The notes under the pieces were generated by a model, which saw only the letters and a list, made by a program, of their open reading frames with translations, ran no database searches and was not told the DNA's origin. DNA of 64,000 bases from the NCBI GenBank assembly GCA_944376845.1, contig CALWDZ010000002.1, forward strand, positions 44,233 to 108,232, given 5' to 3'. This DNA comes from an uncultured Clostridia bacterium (GTDB taxonomy: Bacteria; Bacillota; Clostridia; Christensenellales; UBA1242). A program made the position numbers and the translations under genes. Shown here one piece after another: positions 19,121 to 29,143 of this stretch (within the stretch, counting starts at the first letter, position 1; the number at the start of each line of letters is the position of its first letter).

Positions 19121-20698
19121 TTAGATTTCATTAAGTTTCAAAAATACCTCTGCAGTAGCAATGGCATCAGCAATTGCCCTATGTGCATTTTTAAGCGTTA
19201 AACCTAAAGCATCAACAACATTTATAAGTTTATATCTTGATAGGTACATTTTTTTTCTTACAACATCCATTGCATCGATACTTTCATTAGAAAAATATAA
19301 CTTTGCTTTTTTTGCTGTATTTTGAATAAACCCTAAGTCAAAAGAAACATTATATCCAACAAGCACACTACCCTCACAGAATTTATAAAAATCTGTAATC
19401 GCTTGATTTCCGTTTGGTGCATCTTTTACCATATCATTTGTAATAGTCGTCAATCTTGTAATTTCTTCAGGAATTTCATTCTCTGGACATATGAAAGTTT
19501 GAAACTGTTCTTTGATGAGTCCATTTTCAATTTTCACTGCACCAATTTCAATTATTTCATTATATTCAGCACTAAGCCCCGTTGTTTCACAATCGAATAC
19601 AACAAATGTATGTGTTTTTACATAATCTGAGTAGTTTGGTTTTACATCAAACAAATTTTCTTGTCTATCCAGTATGTATGGTGCAGGTTTGACATATTTA
19701 TATTCGTCAATATGTACATTTTTTATTATAGGTTCTTCAATCTCAGGTTCTTGCTTGTCTTCTGCCACAAGTGATGTATCTATTTCACAAAAAGATATGC
19801 TTTTAATATAAAGCCTTTTCTTTTCATAATCTTTTTTTATATCACCTACAACCAAAATACTGTCACCATCTTTCAAAACATTAACTTTTTTATATGATGT
19901 CTTATGTGCAAAATAAATTGCATCAATACTGCCAGTATGGTCAGTGATTGTAAAAGTAAGATAATGACTTGGTTCATCAATTCCCTTTTGCTTGTTTCGT
20001 TTTGAAATATATGTTTTATCTACAAAATTAGAAATTTTACCTGCCAAGATAACCGACATTTTTATATCTGTTTGATTTTTTATTGGCTCAGGCATAGGTG
20101 TTATTTCTTGTCCGCAAAGAAGTTCTGGCATAAATACTGGATACCTTTCAACCTCTTTTTGTTTAGGCAAATTTTCATAAACATTTTTTTCATGTATAGC
20201 AAGCGACTCCTCATCCAAATTTTCATCGCTTTTAATTAAATTTACAACAAAATTGGCTATGAAATTTGTATTTAAATGTTTTAAAATTTTGTCTTTGACC
20301 TTATTATCAATAAAATACTGATAAACAACATCTAAAAGTGTAATGTTTACATCTATAAAATCATTATTTTTTACTATGGAAATATTTTTGTCATCATAAT
20401 ATGCAAACATTGATGGATAAGTAGATTGCAAAAATTCAAAAAGATTTTTCTTAATAAGATTTTCATCAAGATAACTTTTTTTATATTTAATTTTAACTTC
20501 ACATCCAAGAGAAAGTTCTTTCTTTACAAAATCAGATATTTCAAGTTTCTGTGTATCATCAAAATTTTGGCAACTTTCTGGATATAAAAATACTATTTGT
20601 GCAGAAAAAGAATGGGTGCTATAAGTCACACTTTGCACCCTAAGAAAATCATATTTCCCACCAAATTCGGTGTTTATCCTATCAAGAATCTCCATCAA
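19121..20698 (-). CDS. PolC-derived protein: N-terminal domain + OB fold + DEDDh 3'-5' exonuclease, lacking PHP and polymerase domains
   Basis: OB-like FTITDHTGSI...LKDGDSILVVG; exonuclease VVFDCETTG / YNVSFD / HRAIADA; polC position between rseP and rimP. Confidence 0.85.
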   Translation of the reverse strand: MMEILDRINTEFGGKYDFLRVQSVTYSTHSFSAQIVFLYPESCQNFDDTQKLEISDFVKKELSLGCEVKIKYKKSYLDENLIKKNLFEFLQSTYPSMFAYYDDKNISIVKNNDFIDVNITLLDVVYQYFIDNKVKDKILKHLNTNFIANFVVNLIKSDENLDEESLAIHEKNVYENLPKQKEVERYPVFMPELLCGQEITPMPEPIKNQTDIKMSVILAGKISNFVDKTYISKRNKQKGIDEPSHYLTFTITDHTGSIDAIYFAHKTSYKKVNVLKDGDSILVVGDIKKDYEKKRLYIKSISFCEIDTSLVAEDKQEPEIEEPIIKNVHIDEYKYVKPAPYILDRQENLFDVKPNYSDYVKTHTFVVFDCETTGLSAEYNEIIEIGAVKIENGLIKEQFQTFICPENEIPEEITRLTTITNDMVKDAPNGNQAITDFYKFCEGSVLVGYNVSFDLGFIQNTAKKAKLYFSNESIDAMDVVRKKMYLSRYKLINVVDALGLTLKNAHRAIADAIATAEVFLKLNEI

Positions 20699-22005
20699 AG
20701 CCCCACAACTGCTATATGCACAATATCTACGACAACTACAAATAGTAGCAAAATTATCAGCCCATAGAAGTGAATATAGTTTTCCACCTTTCGACTAACT
20801 ACAGGTTTTCTAAAAATCCATTCCAGGAGTGTAAATACCGCGTGACCTCCATCTAATGCTGGAATTGGCAAGAAATTGAAAACCGCCAAGTTAGATGCCA
20901 GTAGTGGCAATAGAATAAGGAAGTTTGCAAAACTTGTTTGCATAATCTCAGACATCATACCTATTGTTGAAATAGAACCGCCTAGTTCTGAGAATGCAAT
21001 TTGTCCTGTTATTATCTGCCAGAAGCCTTTCAAAACAACCCAAGCAAAACCAAATGCTAGTTCAAAACTACGCCGAAGTGCTTCCCAAAAATTGTGTACA
21101 TATGCTTCAGTTGAAAACCCAGCAACAAGTCTTCGTTCTTCTTCGCCTTGTTCATTGGTTACAGTTTCCTCTGCAAGCCTAATTACAACTTGTATTCTTT
21201 GGTTATCTCTTTCTACATCAAGAGTAATATCAGTATCTGTACCCGCCTCACTCAAAAGTTGTGAAAGTGTTCCAGAAAATGCAAAACTAATGCGTGTTCC
21301 ATTTACTCCCCAGATAATATCGCCCTCTTGCAACTCTCCATACAAATTTGAATAATTGGTATCAAGTGTTGCAACACGTGGAATGTCATAACCATAAGAT
21401 ATTAAAAGAATAAAAGAAAATATTATAGCACTAAGGAAGTTAAAAGTTACGCCCGCCATATAAACAAGTAATCTTTTCCAAGGTTTTTGATTTATAAAAT
21501 CACCGCTATGGTCAACTTTTTTAGCATCTGTTTTTTCTTTGCCTTCAGTTATATCATTTATTTGTTTAATTATTTCAGTGGTTTGTTCATTTTTTGTAAC
21601 TTTTTTTTCTTCTTTTGTCGTTTCTACTATTTCTGATTTCTTCTCGTTATCATTATTGTCATTTTTTACAACAGTATCTTGTTTGCTGTCAATATTTTTA
21701 TCAGTCGATTTATCTTTTTCAGCATCATTTTTTTCAATATTCTTGTCTTTATCATCTAGCTCATCGTCATCACCTTCGCCAGCAAAAGCGCAATAACCAC
21801 CTAGTGGAAATATACGCAAGGAAATTTTTTCTCCACGCTTATTTACTTTGCTAAAAATTGCTTTACCAAAGCCTATAGAAAATTCTGTTATTTTAAAACC
21901 TAGCCATCTACCAACACAGTAGTGACCAAACTCATGAATTAAAACCATTAAAAGCAAAACACATATTGCAAGAATTACATAACCTATTGTGGTTAAAATA
22001 CCCAT
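20695..22005 (-). CDS. rseP: Site-2 protease RseP/RasP (M50) with PDZ
   Basis: HEFGH, PLGGYC, NFLPIPALDGG. Confidence 0.92.
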   Translation of the reverse strand: MGILTTIGYVILAICVLLLMVLIHEFGHYCVGRWLGFKITEFSIGFGKAIFSKVNKRGEKISLRIFPLGGYCAFAGEGDDDELDDKDKNIEKNDAEKDKSTDKNIDSKQDTVVKNDNNDNEKKSEIVETTKEEKKVTKNEQTTEIIKQINDITEGKEKTDAKKVDHSGDFINQKPWKRLLVYMAGVTFNFLSAIIFSFILLISYGYDIPRVATLDTNYSNLYGELQEGDIIWGVNGTRISFAFSGTLSQLLSEAGTDTDITLDVERDNQRIQVVIRLAEETVTNEQGEEERRLVAGFSTEAYVHNFWEALRRSFELAFGFAWVVLKGFWQIITGQIAFSELGGSISTIGMMSEIMQTSFANFLILLPLLASNLAVFNFLPIPALDGGHAVFTLLEWIFRKPVVSRKVENYIHFYGLIILLLFVVVVDIVHIAVVGL

Positions 22006-22015
22006 TTTATCTCCT

Positions 22016-22966
22016 TTATAAAAGTATTACCAAAAATATAAATATAAGCGGAGCACAAACAATATGACTGTCCATTCTATCCAAAATTCCGCCGTGACCA
22101 GGCAAAATGTCACCAGAATCTTTTACATTTGCTTTACGTTTTATATAACTTTCAAGCAAATCTCCAAGTTCACATACAACCGATGCAATAAAGCCAATTA
22201 TGATGAAATGCCAAAATGCAAACCCTACTTGAGTAAATACTTCAGCATACATATCAAAAGCATTGAAGATTAGGTACAATAGAACTGCTGAAATAGTACC
22301 CCAAAATACTCCGCCAACTGCACCCGAAATTGTTTTATTTGGACTGATTTTTGGACAAAGTTTTCTGCCTTTAAACAATGAACCTGTAAGATAGGCAAAA
22401 GTATCTGTAAAGATTGGAATTATAAATGTTAATATAAGTCCAAAGGTACTTATTAAAAATAATGCATTTGATGTATATGTTGTAAAGTAGTCAGACATTA
22501 CAGCAATATCATTTATAAACACAAAGAAAAGCATTAAAATTGCAGGATATAAGTAAATGTACATAGTCTGAATTGCTTTATAAATAGAAAAAGATTCAAC
22601 TCTAAGTTTTAGGTTTCTAGTCGCAATTTCATTTTTTGTAGACTTATACATTATAAGACTCAAGAACCACTGAGCCATAACAAAAACTATAATAAGTGCT
22701 AGTTCCATTAAAATTAGCATATACCAACGCATATCAAGATTTAAGCATAAAACAAACAAACCATATGCGAATAATGGATATGCTATTGCAAAATATTTAT
22801 TATTATAAACACCCATTTTGGCAAATAGACGGCTTGTCTCATAACATGCATACATAGCAATTATCACCATAAAAGCATCAAAAATATATGTTGATAATTG
22901 TCGTGCAAGCAATACAAGCACAAGTATAGCAACAAGCGTTGCTCCTGTTATAATTCTTTGTTTCAT
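22016..22966 (-). CDS. cdsA: Phosphatidate cytidylyltransferase
   Basis: ISPNKT, GDLLESYIKRKANVKDSG..LPGHGGILDRMDS. Confidence 0.96.
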   Translation of the reverse strand: MKQRIITGATLVAILVLVLLARQLSTYIFDAFMVIIAMYACYETSRLFAKMGVYNNKYFAIAYPLFAYGLFVLCLNLDMRWYMLILMELALIIVFVMAQWFLSLIMYKSTKNEIATRNLKLRVESFSIYKAIQTMYIYLYPAILMLFFVFINDIAVMSDYFTTYTSNALFLISTFGLILTFIIPIFTDTFAYLTGSLFKGRKLCPKISPNKTISGAVGGVFWGTISAVLLYLIFNAFDMYAEVFTQVGFAFWHFIIIGFIASVVCELGDLLESYIKRKANVKDSGDILPGHGGILDRMDSHIVCAPLIFIFLVILL

Positions 22967-23688
22967 TTATTTTTCTCCTGTTTTACATTACCAAAGCGCC
23001 TATCACGGCTTTGATATTCTATAATTGCTTTTCTAAGATGTTTTTCATCAAAATCTGGCCAATGAATTTTTGGAAAATACAGCTCGCTGTAAGCACTTTG
23101 AAATAACATAAAGTTTGAAAGCCTCATCTCTCCGCTTGTACGAATAATAAGGTCTGGATCAGGCAATTCGCTTGTGTAAAGTTCACTTTTTATATCGTCT
23201 TCTGTTATTTCAACCTTGCCCTTTTTTGCAAGATTTGTAAATGCACGAGCAAGCTCACTTCTTGAACCGTAATTTAGTGCTATGTTTACAATAAATTCTG
23301 TGTTATGCTTTGTTTTCTCAGTGACATCAAGCAATAGTTCATAAAGTTCTTTTGGGAGTTTTGAAATGTCTCCCATGGTCATTATTTTTGTTTTACCATT
23401 AACAAACCTATCATAATTTTCTTTTAAATGTGTTAGCACTAAATCAAATATGCCATCAACTTCTTCTTTGCTACGTTTCCAATTTTCAGTAGAAAAAGCA
23501 AAATATGACATAACTTTTATTCCAATTTTTTGTGCAGCCTCAGTCACCCGTTTTAATGCATCGACTCCTGCCCTGTGACCAAGGAGCCTCGGAAGCATAC
23601 GTTTTTTTGCCCACCTACCGTTACCATCCATAATAATGCCTATATGCACAGGCAAAGCGTGCTCATCAATCTTTTTGTACATCGCCAT
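22963..23688 (-). CDS. uppS: Undecaprenyl diphosphate synthase
   Basis: IMDGNGRWA, AFSTENWKR, RTSGEMRLSNF. Confidence 0.97.
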   Translation of the reverse strand: MAMYKKIDEHALPVHIGIIMDGNGRWAKKRMLPRLLGHRAGVDALKRVTEAAQKIGIKVMSYFAFSTENWKRSKEEVDGIFDLVLTHLKENYDRFVNGKTKIMTMGDISKLPKELYELLLDVTEKTKHNTEFIVNIALNYGSRSELARAFTNLAKKGKVEITEDDIKSELYTSELPDPDLIIRTSGEMRLSNFMLFQSAYSELYFPKIHWPDFDEKHLRKAIIEYQSRDRRFGNVKQEKNK

Positions 23689-23869
23689 CCTTTAAATTAA
23701 ACAAAAACTCGCCATAAGTTATAGTTGCACTACCATTTTGTATAATAACATTTGTCACAAGTTTGGTATCGCCTAGCGTGCCATAATTGTTGCACACTAA
23801 ATTACATTTAATACCTTTTTGTGTCAAAGTATTAACAACCTCGTCAAGTGGCATAAGAATGTAGTCCAT
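23666..23869 (-). CDS. Small hypothetical protein between frr and uppS
   Basis: 67 aa ORF overlapping both neighbours on the same strand. Confidence 0.6.
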   Translation of the reverse strand: MDYILMPLDEVVNTLTQKGIKCNLVCNNYGTLGDTKLVTNVIIQNGSATITYGEFLFNLKDGDVQKD

Positions 23870-24441
23870 TAAATTTCCATAACCTCTTTTTCTTTTGCAT
23901 CGCTAGATTTATCACACAATTCAATATATCTATCTTGACGCTTCTGAACATCATCTTCAAGATTATTATATTCATCTTCGCTAAGCATGTTGTCTTTTTT
24001 CATTTGTTTGTACATATCCAAGCAATCACGCCTTGCGCCACGCATAGCCACCTTTGTGTCTTCACAAAGTTTTTTAACCTGTTTTACTATTTCACGTCTA
24101 CGTTCTTCTGTTAATGCTGGGAAAATTAGTCTTATAGTCTTTCCATCATCAGTTGGTTGAACACCAAGGTCAGCAAGTTGAATTGCTTTTTCTACATTTT
24201 TTAGTTGTGACTGATCCCAAACATTTATAGCCAAAACACGAGCCTCTTGTACTTGAATATTTGCCATTTGATTTAGTGGTGTCATAGCACCATAGTAATC
24301 TACCATAACTCTATCTAGTATATGCGGATTAGCTCTGCCAGCACGAATAACTTGATATTCATTTAGCAAATGTTCATGTGCTTTTTTTAGGTCACTTTCA
24401 TAACCTTCCATAACATCTTTTACCATTGTTTCGTCTTGCAT
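23869..24441 (-). CDS. frr: Ribosome recycling factor
   Basis: IRAGRANP, VDYYG, PALTEERRRE. Confidence 0.97.
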   Translation of the reverse strand: MQDETMVKDVMEGYESDLKKAHEHLLNEYQVIRAGRANPHILDRVMVDYYGAMTPLNQMANIQVQEARVLAINVWDQSQLKNVEKAIQLADLGVQPTDDGKTIRLIFPALTEERRREIVKQVKKLCEDTKVAMRGARRDCLDMYKQMKKDNMLSEDEYNNLEDDVQKRQDRYIELCDKSSDAKEKEVMEI

Positions 24442-24527
24442 AAAAACTCCTTAATTTATTAAACTAAAAAATATAATACATTAAAATGCTAATAAAATCA
24501 AATGAAATAACGCAATTATACATAATG

Positions 24528-24553
24528 AAAAAATCCACCGAAGTGGATTTTTT
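24528..24553. terminator. Terminator after tsf
   Basis: AAAAAATCCAC-CGAA-GTGGATTTTTT. Confidence 0.75.
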
Positions 24554-24562
24554 AAGTTTGAT

Positions 24563-25210
24563 TTATTTTTTTGTCATCTTTGCAATTTCTTCAGCAAGGT
24601 TATCTTGACGTTTTTCAAGTCCCTCACCCATTTCATAACGAACAAATCTACGAACATTTATTTTTTCACCAATTGCAAGGATGGCTTCATTTATAACTTC
24701 TTTAACTGTTTTTGAAGTATCTTTTACAAACTCTTGTTCAAGAAGACAAATTTCTTTATAGAATTTATGAATTCTACCTTCAACCATTTTTTCAACGACG
24801 TTTGCTGGTTTACCTTCATTTAATGATTGTTGAGTAAGAATTTCTTTTTCTTTTTCAACTTCATCCGCTGGGACATCTTCAATACGTACATATTTTGGAT
24901 TAGCGGCTGCTATTTGCATAGCAATGTCTTTTAAAAGAGTTAAAAATTGTTCACTACGTGCAACAAAATCTGTTTCACAGTTAATTTCGACCAAAACGCC
25001 AATTTTACCGCCCATGTGAATATATGAACCAACAGCACCTTCTGCGGCTATTCTATCCGCTTTTTTCGCTGCTGCAGCAATACCTTTTTCTCTAAGCCAA
25101 ATTACTGCTTTATCAAAATCTCCATCACTTTCTGTTAGTGCTTTTTTGCAATCCATCATGCCTGCACCTGTGCTGGCACGAAGTTTAACAACATCTTGTG
25201 CTGTAAACAT
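24563..25210 (-). CDS. tsf: Elongation factor Ts (short 215-aa type)
   Basis: [19 protein letters not shown]. Confidence 0.97.
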   Translation of the reverse strand: MFTAQDVVKLRASTGAGMMDCKKALTESDGDFDKAVIWLREKGIAAAAKKADRIAAEGAVGSYIHMGGKIGVLVEINCETDFVARSEQFLTLLKDIAMQIAAANPKYVRIEDVPADEVEKEKEILTQQSLNEGKPANVVEKMVEGRIHKFYKEICLLEQEFVKDTSKTVKEVINEAILAIGEKINVRRFVRYEMGEGLEKRQDNLAEEIAKMTKK

Positions 25211-25212
25211 AT

Positions 25213-26124
25213 TTATTCTCCTTTTTCCTGTTTTTCTTCTTGTTTTGTTTCTTCTTTTGACTCTGTTTCTTTCTTTAATTTATCTTCTTTTTGTTCTTTT
25301 TCTACTTTTTTAGTAGACTTTTTAGCCTTTGATTTTTTTGGCTTTTCTTCGTCTTCTTCTTTAACCTCTGTTGGTTTAACTTCTGCGAGCACTGCACTTA
25401 TATCCACATCTTCTTCTTCCTGTGGTTCTTTGCTTACAGAAACGCCTTCACGTGCTTCAATTACTGCATCTGCAATTGCACTTGCAATAAGTTTAACAGA
25501 ACGAATAGCATCATCATTTCCAGGAATGACATAGTCAATATCAGATGGGTCACAATTTGTATCAATAAGCCCAACCATAGGAATATGAAGCGCTTTTGCT
25601 TCTTTAACACAAATGTGCTCTTTTGTAGAGTCTACAATAAATATTGCACCTGGCATTTCGTGCATATCTTTAATACCGCCAAGATTTGCTTCAAGTTTTT
25701 CTCTCTCTTTCTTCAAAATGGCAACTTCTTTCTTTGGCAAAAGTTCAAATTCGCCAACTTTTTCCATCTGATTAAGTTTGTTTAATCTTTCAATTCTTTG
25801 CCTAATAGTTTTGAAGTTTGTAAGTGTACCACCCAACCAACGATTGTTAACATAGTACATTCCGCAACGAAGAGCCTCCTCTTTTATTGCCTCTTGTGCT
25901 TGTTTTTTTGTGCCTACAAAAAGCACTGACCTACCTGAAGCAACAACATCTCTGATAAAGCTATATGCTTTGTCAATAAGTTCTGAAGTTTGCTCAAGGT
26001 TAATAATGTGGATATCATTTCTAGCAGTGAAAATATATTTAGCCATTTTTGGATTCCACTTTCTTGTCTGATGACCAAAATGAACACCAGCTTCAAGAAG
26101 TTGTTTCATTGAAATAACTGACAT
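25213..26124 (-). CDS. rpsB: 30S ribosomal protein S2 with charged C-terminal tail
   Basis: [29 protein letters not shown]. Confidence 0.98.
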   Translation of the reverse strand: MSVISMKQLLEAGVHFGHQTRKWNPKMAKYIFTARNDIHIINLEQTSELIDKAYSFIRDVVASGRSVLFVGTKKQAQEAIKEEALRCGMYYVNNRWLGGTLTNFKTIRQRIERLNKLNQMEKVGEFELLPKKEVAILKKEREKLEANLGGIKDMHEMPGAIFIVDSTKEHICVKEAKALHIPMVGLIDTNCDPSDIDYVIPGNDDAIRSVKLIASAIADAVIEAREGVSVSKEPQEEEDVDISAVLAEVKPTEVKEEDEEKPKKSKAKKSTKKVEKEQKEDKLKKETESKEETKQEEKQEKGE

Positions 26125-26232
26125 AAATTTTTTATCCTCCTTGTTTTTAGTCTTCCCCAGCGTTTTAAAACTCCTTTTGCAACCTGCAAAAATGCATCGG
26201 CAACCACAAAAAAATGTTCACTGGGTGTTAAT
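26125..26232 (-). promoter_or_regulatory. rpsB 5' leader (S2 autoregulatory RNA)
   Basis: Minus strand ACACCCAG...GUGGUUGCC...CUGGGGAAGAC: long-range CCCAG/CUGGG pairing and ACAC start as in rpsB leaders; AAGGAGG RBS. Confidence 0.6.
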
Positions 26233-26334
26233 TTGCCAATGAATGACTTTAATAAAATATCATACTATAACAAAATTTGCAAGCGTTTTTTGCTATCAAT
26301 TACCATTTTCACTTATTTCTAGGTATATTTAGAT

Positions 26335-26580
26335 TTTTATTGGTTTTTTTGGTTAAATGACGCTTTATATTGTTTTTAATTGTTAATTTATAGTTTTTGT
26401 TTTAAATTTATACTTTTTATTATATAATATTATATTTTTTAGTTTTTAAATTTTTTTATTGTTTTTACTTATATTATCTTTGTTTTTATTAGTTTATATT
26501 AGATTTGTATCTTTTTTATTTTATTTTATTATTTTGTTTTAGTTTTTTTTATTTTTTCTTTATTTTTATTATATATTGTC
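26335..26580. other. Extremely AT-rich, T-skewed non-coding tract
   Basis: 15 G/C in 180 nt (26401-26580); recurring TTTTTATT; no plausible ORF. Confidence 0.8.
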
Positions 26581-26594
26581 GAGTTGATAAATTT

Positions 26595-26620
26595 AAAAAA
26601 CCTTATCATTTTTGATAAGG
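26595..26620 (-). terminator. Terminator after the DAK2 gene
   Basis: CCTTATCA-TTTT-TGATAAGG plus U6 on the minus strand. Confidence 0.7.
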
Positions 26621-26626
26621 CATTAT

Positions 26627-28267
26627 TTATTCCATTGAAATTATATAGTAATAAACAGGTTGTCCCCCGTCGATAACAGTAACTTCACATTCTGGATATT
26701 TATTTGCAAGTGTATCACGAAGTGCTTCTGCATCTTGCTGGTTTACATCTTCTCCATAGAATAAAGTTATACTTACAACACTTTCATCTATCATTTTACT
26801 AATCAAATCTTCTGTTGTTGGATTGACAAGGTCACCTTTTGCCAATATGGTTTTATCGTCTAAGCCAATAATTTCGCCAACCGACAAATCAAATCCATCA
26901 ACATGAGTTGAACGCACTGCATATGTCACAGAAGCACTTTTTACATTTTTATAAGCACTATTCATATTCTCAGTATTTTCTTCAACTGTACCCTCTGGAT
27001 TAAACGCAAGTGATGCAGAAATACCTTCTGGAATATTTTTAGTTGGTATTACAACAAGATTTTTTGTTGTTAAACCTTTAGCCTGTTCACAAGCAAGTGT
27101 TATATTCTTATTGTTTGGGAAAACAAACACTGTTTTTGCTGGAACTTTATCAACTGCCTGAGCGATGTCAGCAGCACTTGGGTTCATAGTTTGACCACCT
27201 TGAATAATCTCATCAATCATGAGGTCTTTCATAAGATCCGCTATACCCTTTCCAGGAGCAACCGAAACCATACCAAGTTCTTTTAGGTTTTCTTGCTTTT
27301 GCCCTGCTTTCTTTTTAAGTTGACGATTTTGTTCACGCATATTCTCAATCTTGAGATTATAAAGTTCACCAAGTTCCAATGCATAACCAAGTGCAAGGTT
27401 TGGTTGATTTGTATGAACATGCACTTTAACAAGAAGTAAGTCACCTATACAAAGAACAGAATCACCAATGGCCATAAGTTTTTCTTTCAACTTCTCAATA
27501 TCTGCCTCAGTGGTCTTTTTGTTCATATTTATAATCATATATTCTGTGCAGTAACCATATTCGATTTCTGCCAAATTGTTTATATCAGCAATAACATCAT
27601 CAGCAGTTTGTACTGGTTGTCCATCATTAAATGTGATATTTGAAAAATCAGTTTCACCAATGAGTGCTTTGTAAAAACCTGTAAATATAACTATAAGTCC
27701 TCTACCACCAGAATCTACAACACCTGCTTTCTTTAATACTGGCAACATTTCTGGTGTTTGTTGAAGTGTTTCTTCACCCTTTTCTAAAACTCGTTTGAAA
27801 AATTCTTCAAGGTCACTAACTTTTTTAGCAATCTCTACTGCTTGTTCGCTCATAACTCTAATTACAGTAAGGATGGTACCTTCCTTAGGTTTTGTAACAG
27901 CCTTATAAGCAATTTTTGTTCCCTCTGACATTGCTTTAGCAAAATTTTTTGTTGTTATTGTTTCTACATTTGCAAGAACTGAGCACATACCTTTTACAAT
28001 CTGAGATGTTATTACACCAGAGTTACCTCTCGCTCCACGCAAAGCACCTTTTGAAAATGCTCCACAAAGACTTTGAAATGTATTATCAGGACAATTATTT
28101 ACCTCATTGCCTGCCGATTTCATTGTAAGAAACATATTTGTACCCGTGTCACCATCTGGAACTGGAAACACGTTAAGTGAATCTACTAATTGTTTATTCT
28201 GATCAAGTAACGAAACGCCACCGAATATCATTTTTCTAAAAGTTGCGCCGTTTATGGACTTTTGCAT
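26627..28267 (-). CDS. fakA: DAK2-domain fatty acid kinase subunit A (YloV/FakA)
   Basis: LNVFPVPDGDTGTNM, GARGNSG, YGYCTE, KVHVHT, GGQPVY. Confidence 0.93.
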   Translation of the reverse strand: MQKSINGATFRKMIFGGVSLLDQNKQLVDSLNVFPVPDGDTGTNMFLTMKSAGNEVNNCPDNTFQSLCGAFSKGALRGARGNSGVITSQIVKGMCSVLANVETITTKNFAKAMSEGTKIAYKAVTKPKEGTILTVIRVMSEQAVEIAKKVSDLEEFFKRVLEKGEETLQQTPEMLPVLKKAGVVDSGGRGLIVIFTGFYKALIGETDFSNITFNDGQPVQTADDVIADINNLAEIEYGYCTEYMIINMNKKTTEADIEKLKEKLMAIGDSVLCIGDLLLVKVHVHTNQPNLALGYALELGELYNLKIENMREQNRQLKKKAGQKQENLKELGMVSVAPGKGIADLMKDLMIDEIIQGGQTMNPSAADIAQAVDKVPAKTVFVFPNNKNITLACEQAKGLTTKNLVVIPTKNIPEGISASLAFNPEGTVEENTENMNSAYKNVKSASVTYAVRSTHVDGFDLSVGEIIGLDDKTILAKGDLVNPTTEDLISKMIDESVVSITLFYGEDVNQQDAEALRDTLANKYPECEVTVIDGGQPVYYYIISME

Positions 28268-28276
28268 TTTTATCTC

Positions 28277-28645
28277 CTAAACTCTAACACCAACGACATG
28301 GATATTGACAGCATCAACAATCATACCGGTAAAGTCTTCAACGCTATATTTTATAGTCTTTTTTAAACTTTCAGCAACAGCGCTGACAGAAATACCGTAT
28401 TTCAAGATACAGTAAATGTCGATTGATATTCTATTTTCTACATTTGATATTTTTATTCCACGTGAATATGGTTGTTTTACTAATAACTCTCGAATGCCAT
28501 CTTTAAGATTTCGTGATACTAAATCAACGACACCATAGGAATCAAGTGTGACAAAACCAGCGACTGATGCAATCGCCTCGTCAGAAATGGTGATTTTGCC
28601 ATAGAAATTATTTGTTTCTACCAAGTTTTGCTTCCTTTTAAGCAT
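28277..28645 (-). CDS. Asp23/Gls24 family protein (YloU)
   Basis: YGVVDL, YGISVSAV, VNIHVVGV; precedes DAK2 gene. Confidence 0.88.
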   Translation of the reverse strand: MLKRKQNLVETNNFYGKITISDEAIASVAGFVTLDSYGVVDLVSRNLKDGIRELLVKQPYSRGIKISNVENRISIDIYCILKYGISVSAVAESLKKTIKYSVEDFTGMIVDAVNIHVVGVRV

Positions 28646-28727
28646 ACGAACGCAAAATAAATATACAACAAACTTTGAAATACTTCAAGTATTTTTTACT
28701 ATTTTTTAGAAAATTGAGACAAAACTC

Positions 28728-28756
28728 TTGATTTGTTTAAAAAAAAATGATAACAT
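28728..28756 (+). promoter_or_regulatory. Putative sigma-A promoter of rpmB
   Basis: TTGATT-17-TAACAT with extended TG. Confidence 0.5.
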
Positions 28757-28788
28757 ATGCGATGTAAATTTAGAAAGCGGAGGAAATT

Positions 28789-28971
28789 ATGAGCAGAGTT
28801 TGTGAAATTTGTGGAAAAGGAAAAATGTCCGGTCATAATGTAAGCCACAGTAATCGTAAATCAAACAGAACATATGAAGTTAATTTACAGAAAACAACAA
28901 TTACTGTAGATGGTCAAGAAAAAAATGTCAAGGCTTGCACAAAATGCATTAAAACAGCAAAAAAGGCCTAG
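28789..28971 (+). CDS. rpmB: 50S ribosomal protein L28
   Basis: MSRVCEICGKG..GHNVSHSNRK...NLQ..CTKC; GGAGG RBS. Confidence 0.97.
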   Translation: MSRVCEICGKGKMSGHNVSHSNRKSNRTYEVNLQKTTITVDGQEKNVKACTKCIKTAKKA

Positions 28972-28978
28972 TAATATT

Positions 28979-29003
28979 CTCACCTTTATGGTGAGTTTTT
29001 TTT
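28979..29003 (+). terminator. Terminator after rpmB
   Basis: CTCACC-TTTAT-GGTGAG followed by T8. Confidence 0.8.
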
Positions 29004-29017
29004 ATGATATATAGTTA

Positions 29018-29098
29018 TTATTTTATAACTGACTTTCTAAATATTATCTTAACAATTCCAGATAAGAACTTTGGCATTTTGAAACAGAATATTTTCAT
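29018..29098 (-). CDS. spoVM: Stage V sporulation protein M (26 aa; not in ORF track)
   Basis: Hand translation MKIFCFKMPKFLSGIVKIIFRKSVIK; Pro9 and PKFL.GIV as in B. subtilis SpoVM; GAGGAG RBS; convergent with rpmB as in Bacillus. Confidence 0.9.
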   Translation of the reverse strand: MKIFCFKMPKFLSGIVKIIFRKSVIK

Positions 29099-29143
29099 AC
29101 TTTTCTCCTCGTATAATAATATGCCAAAGTTTGTAATGTGGTG

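Noticed and set aside
26335-26580. oriC, CRISPR array or small ORF in the AT-rich tract
   Set aside because: No TTATCCACA DnaA boxes, no regular repeat-spacer units, no plausible ORF
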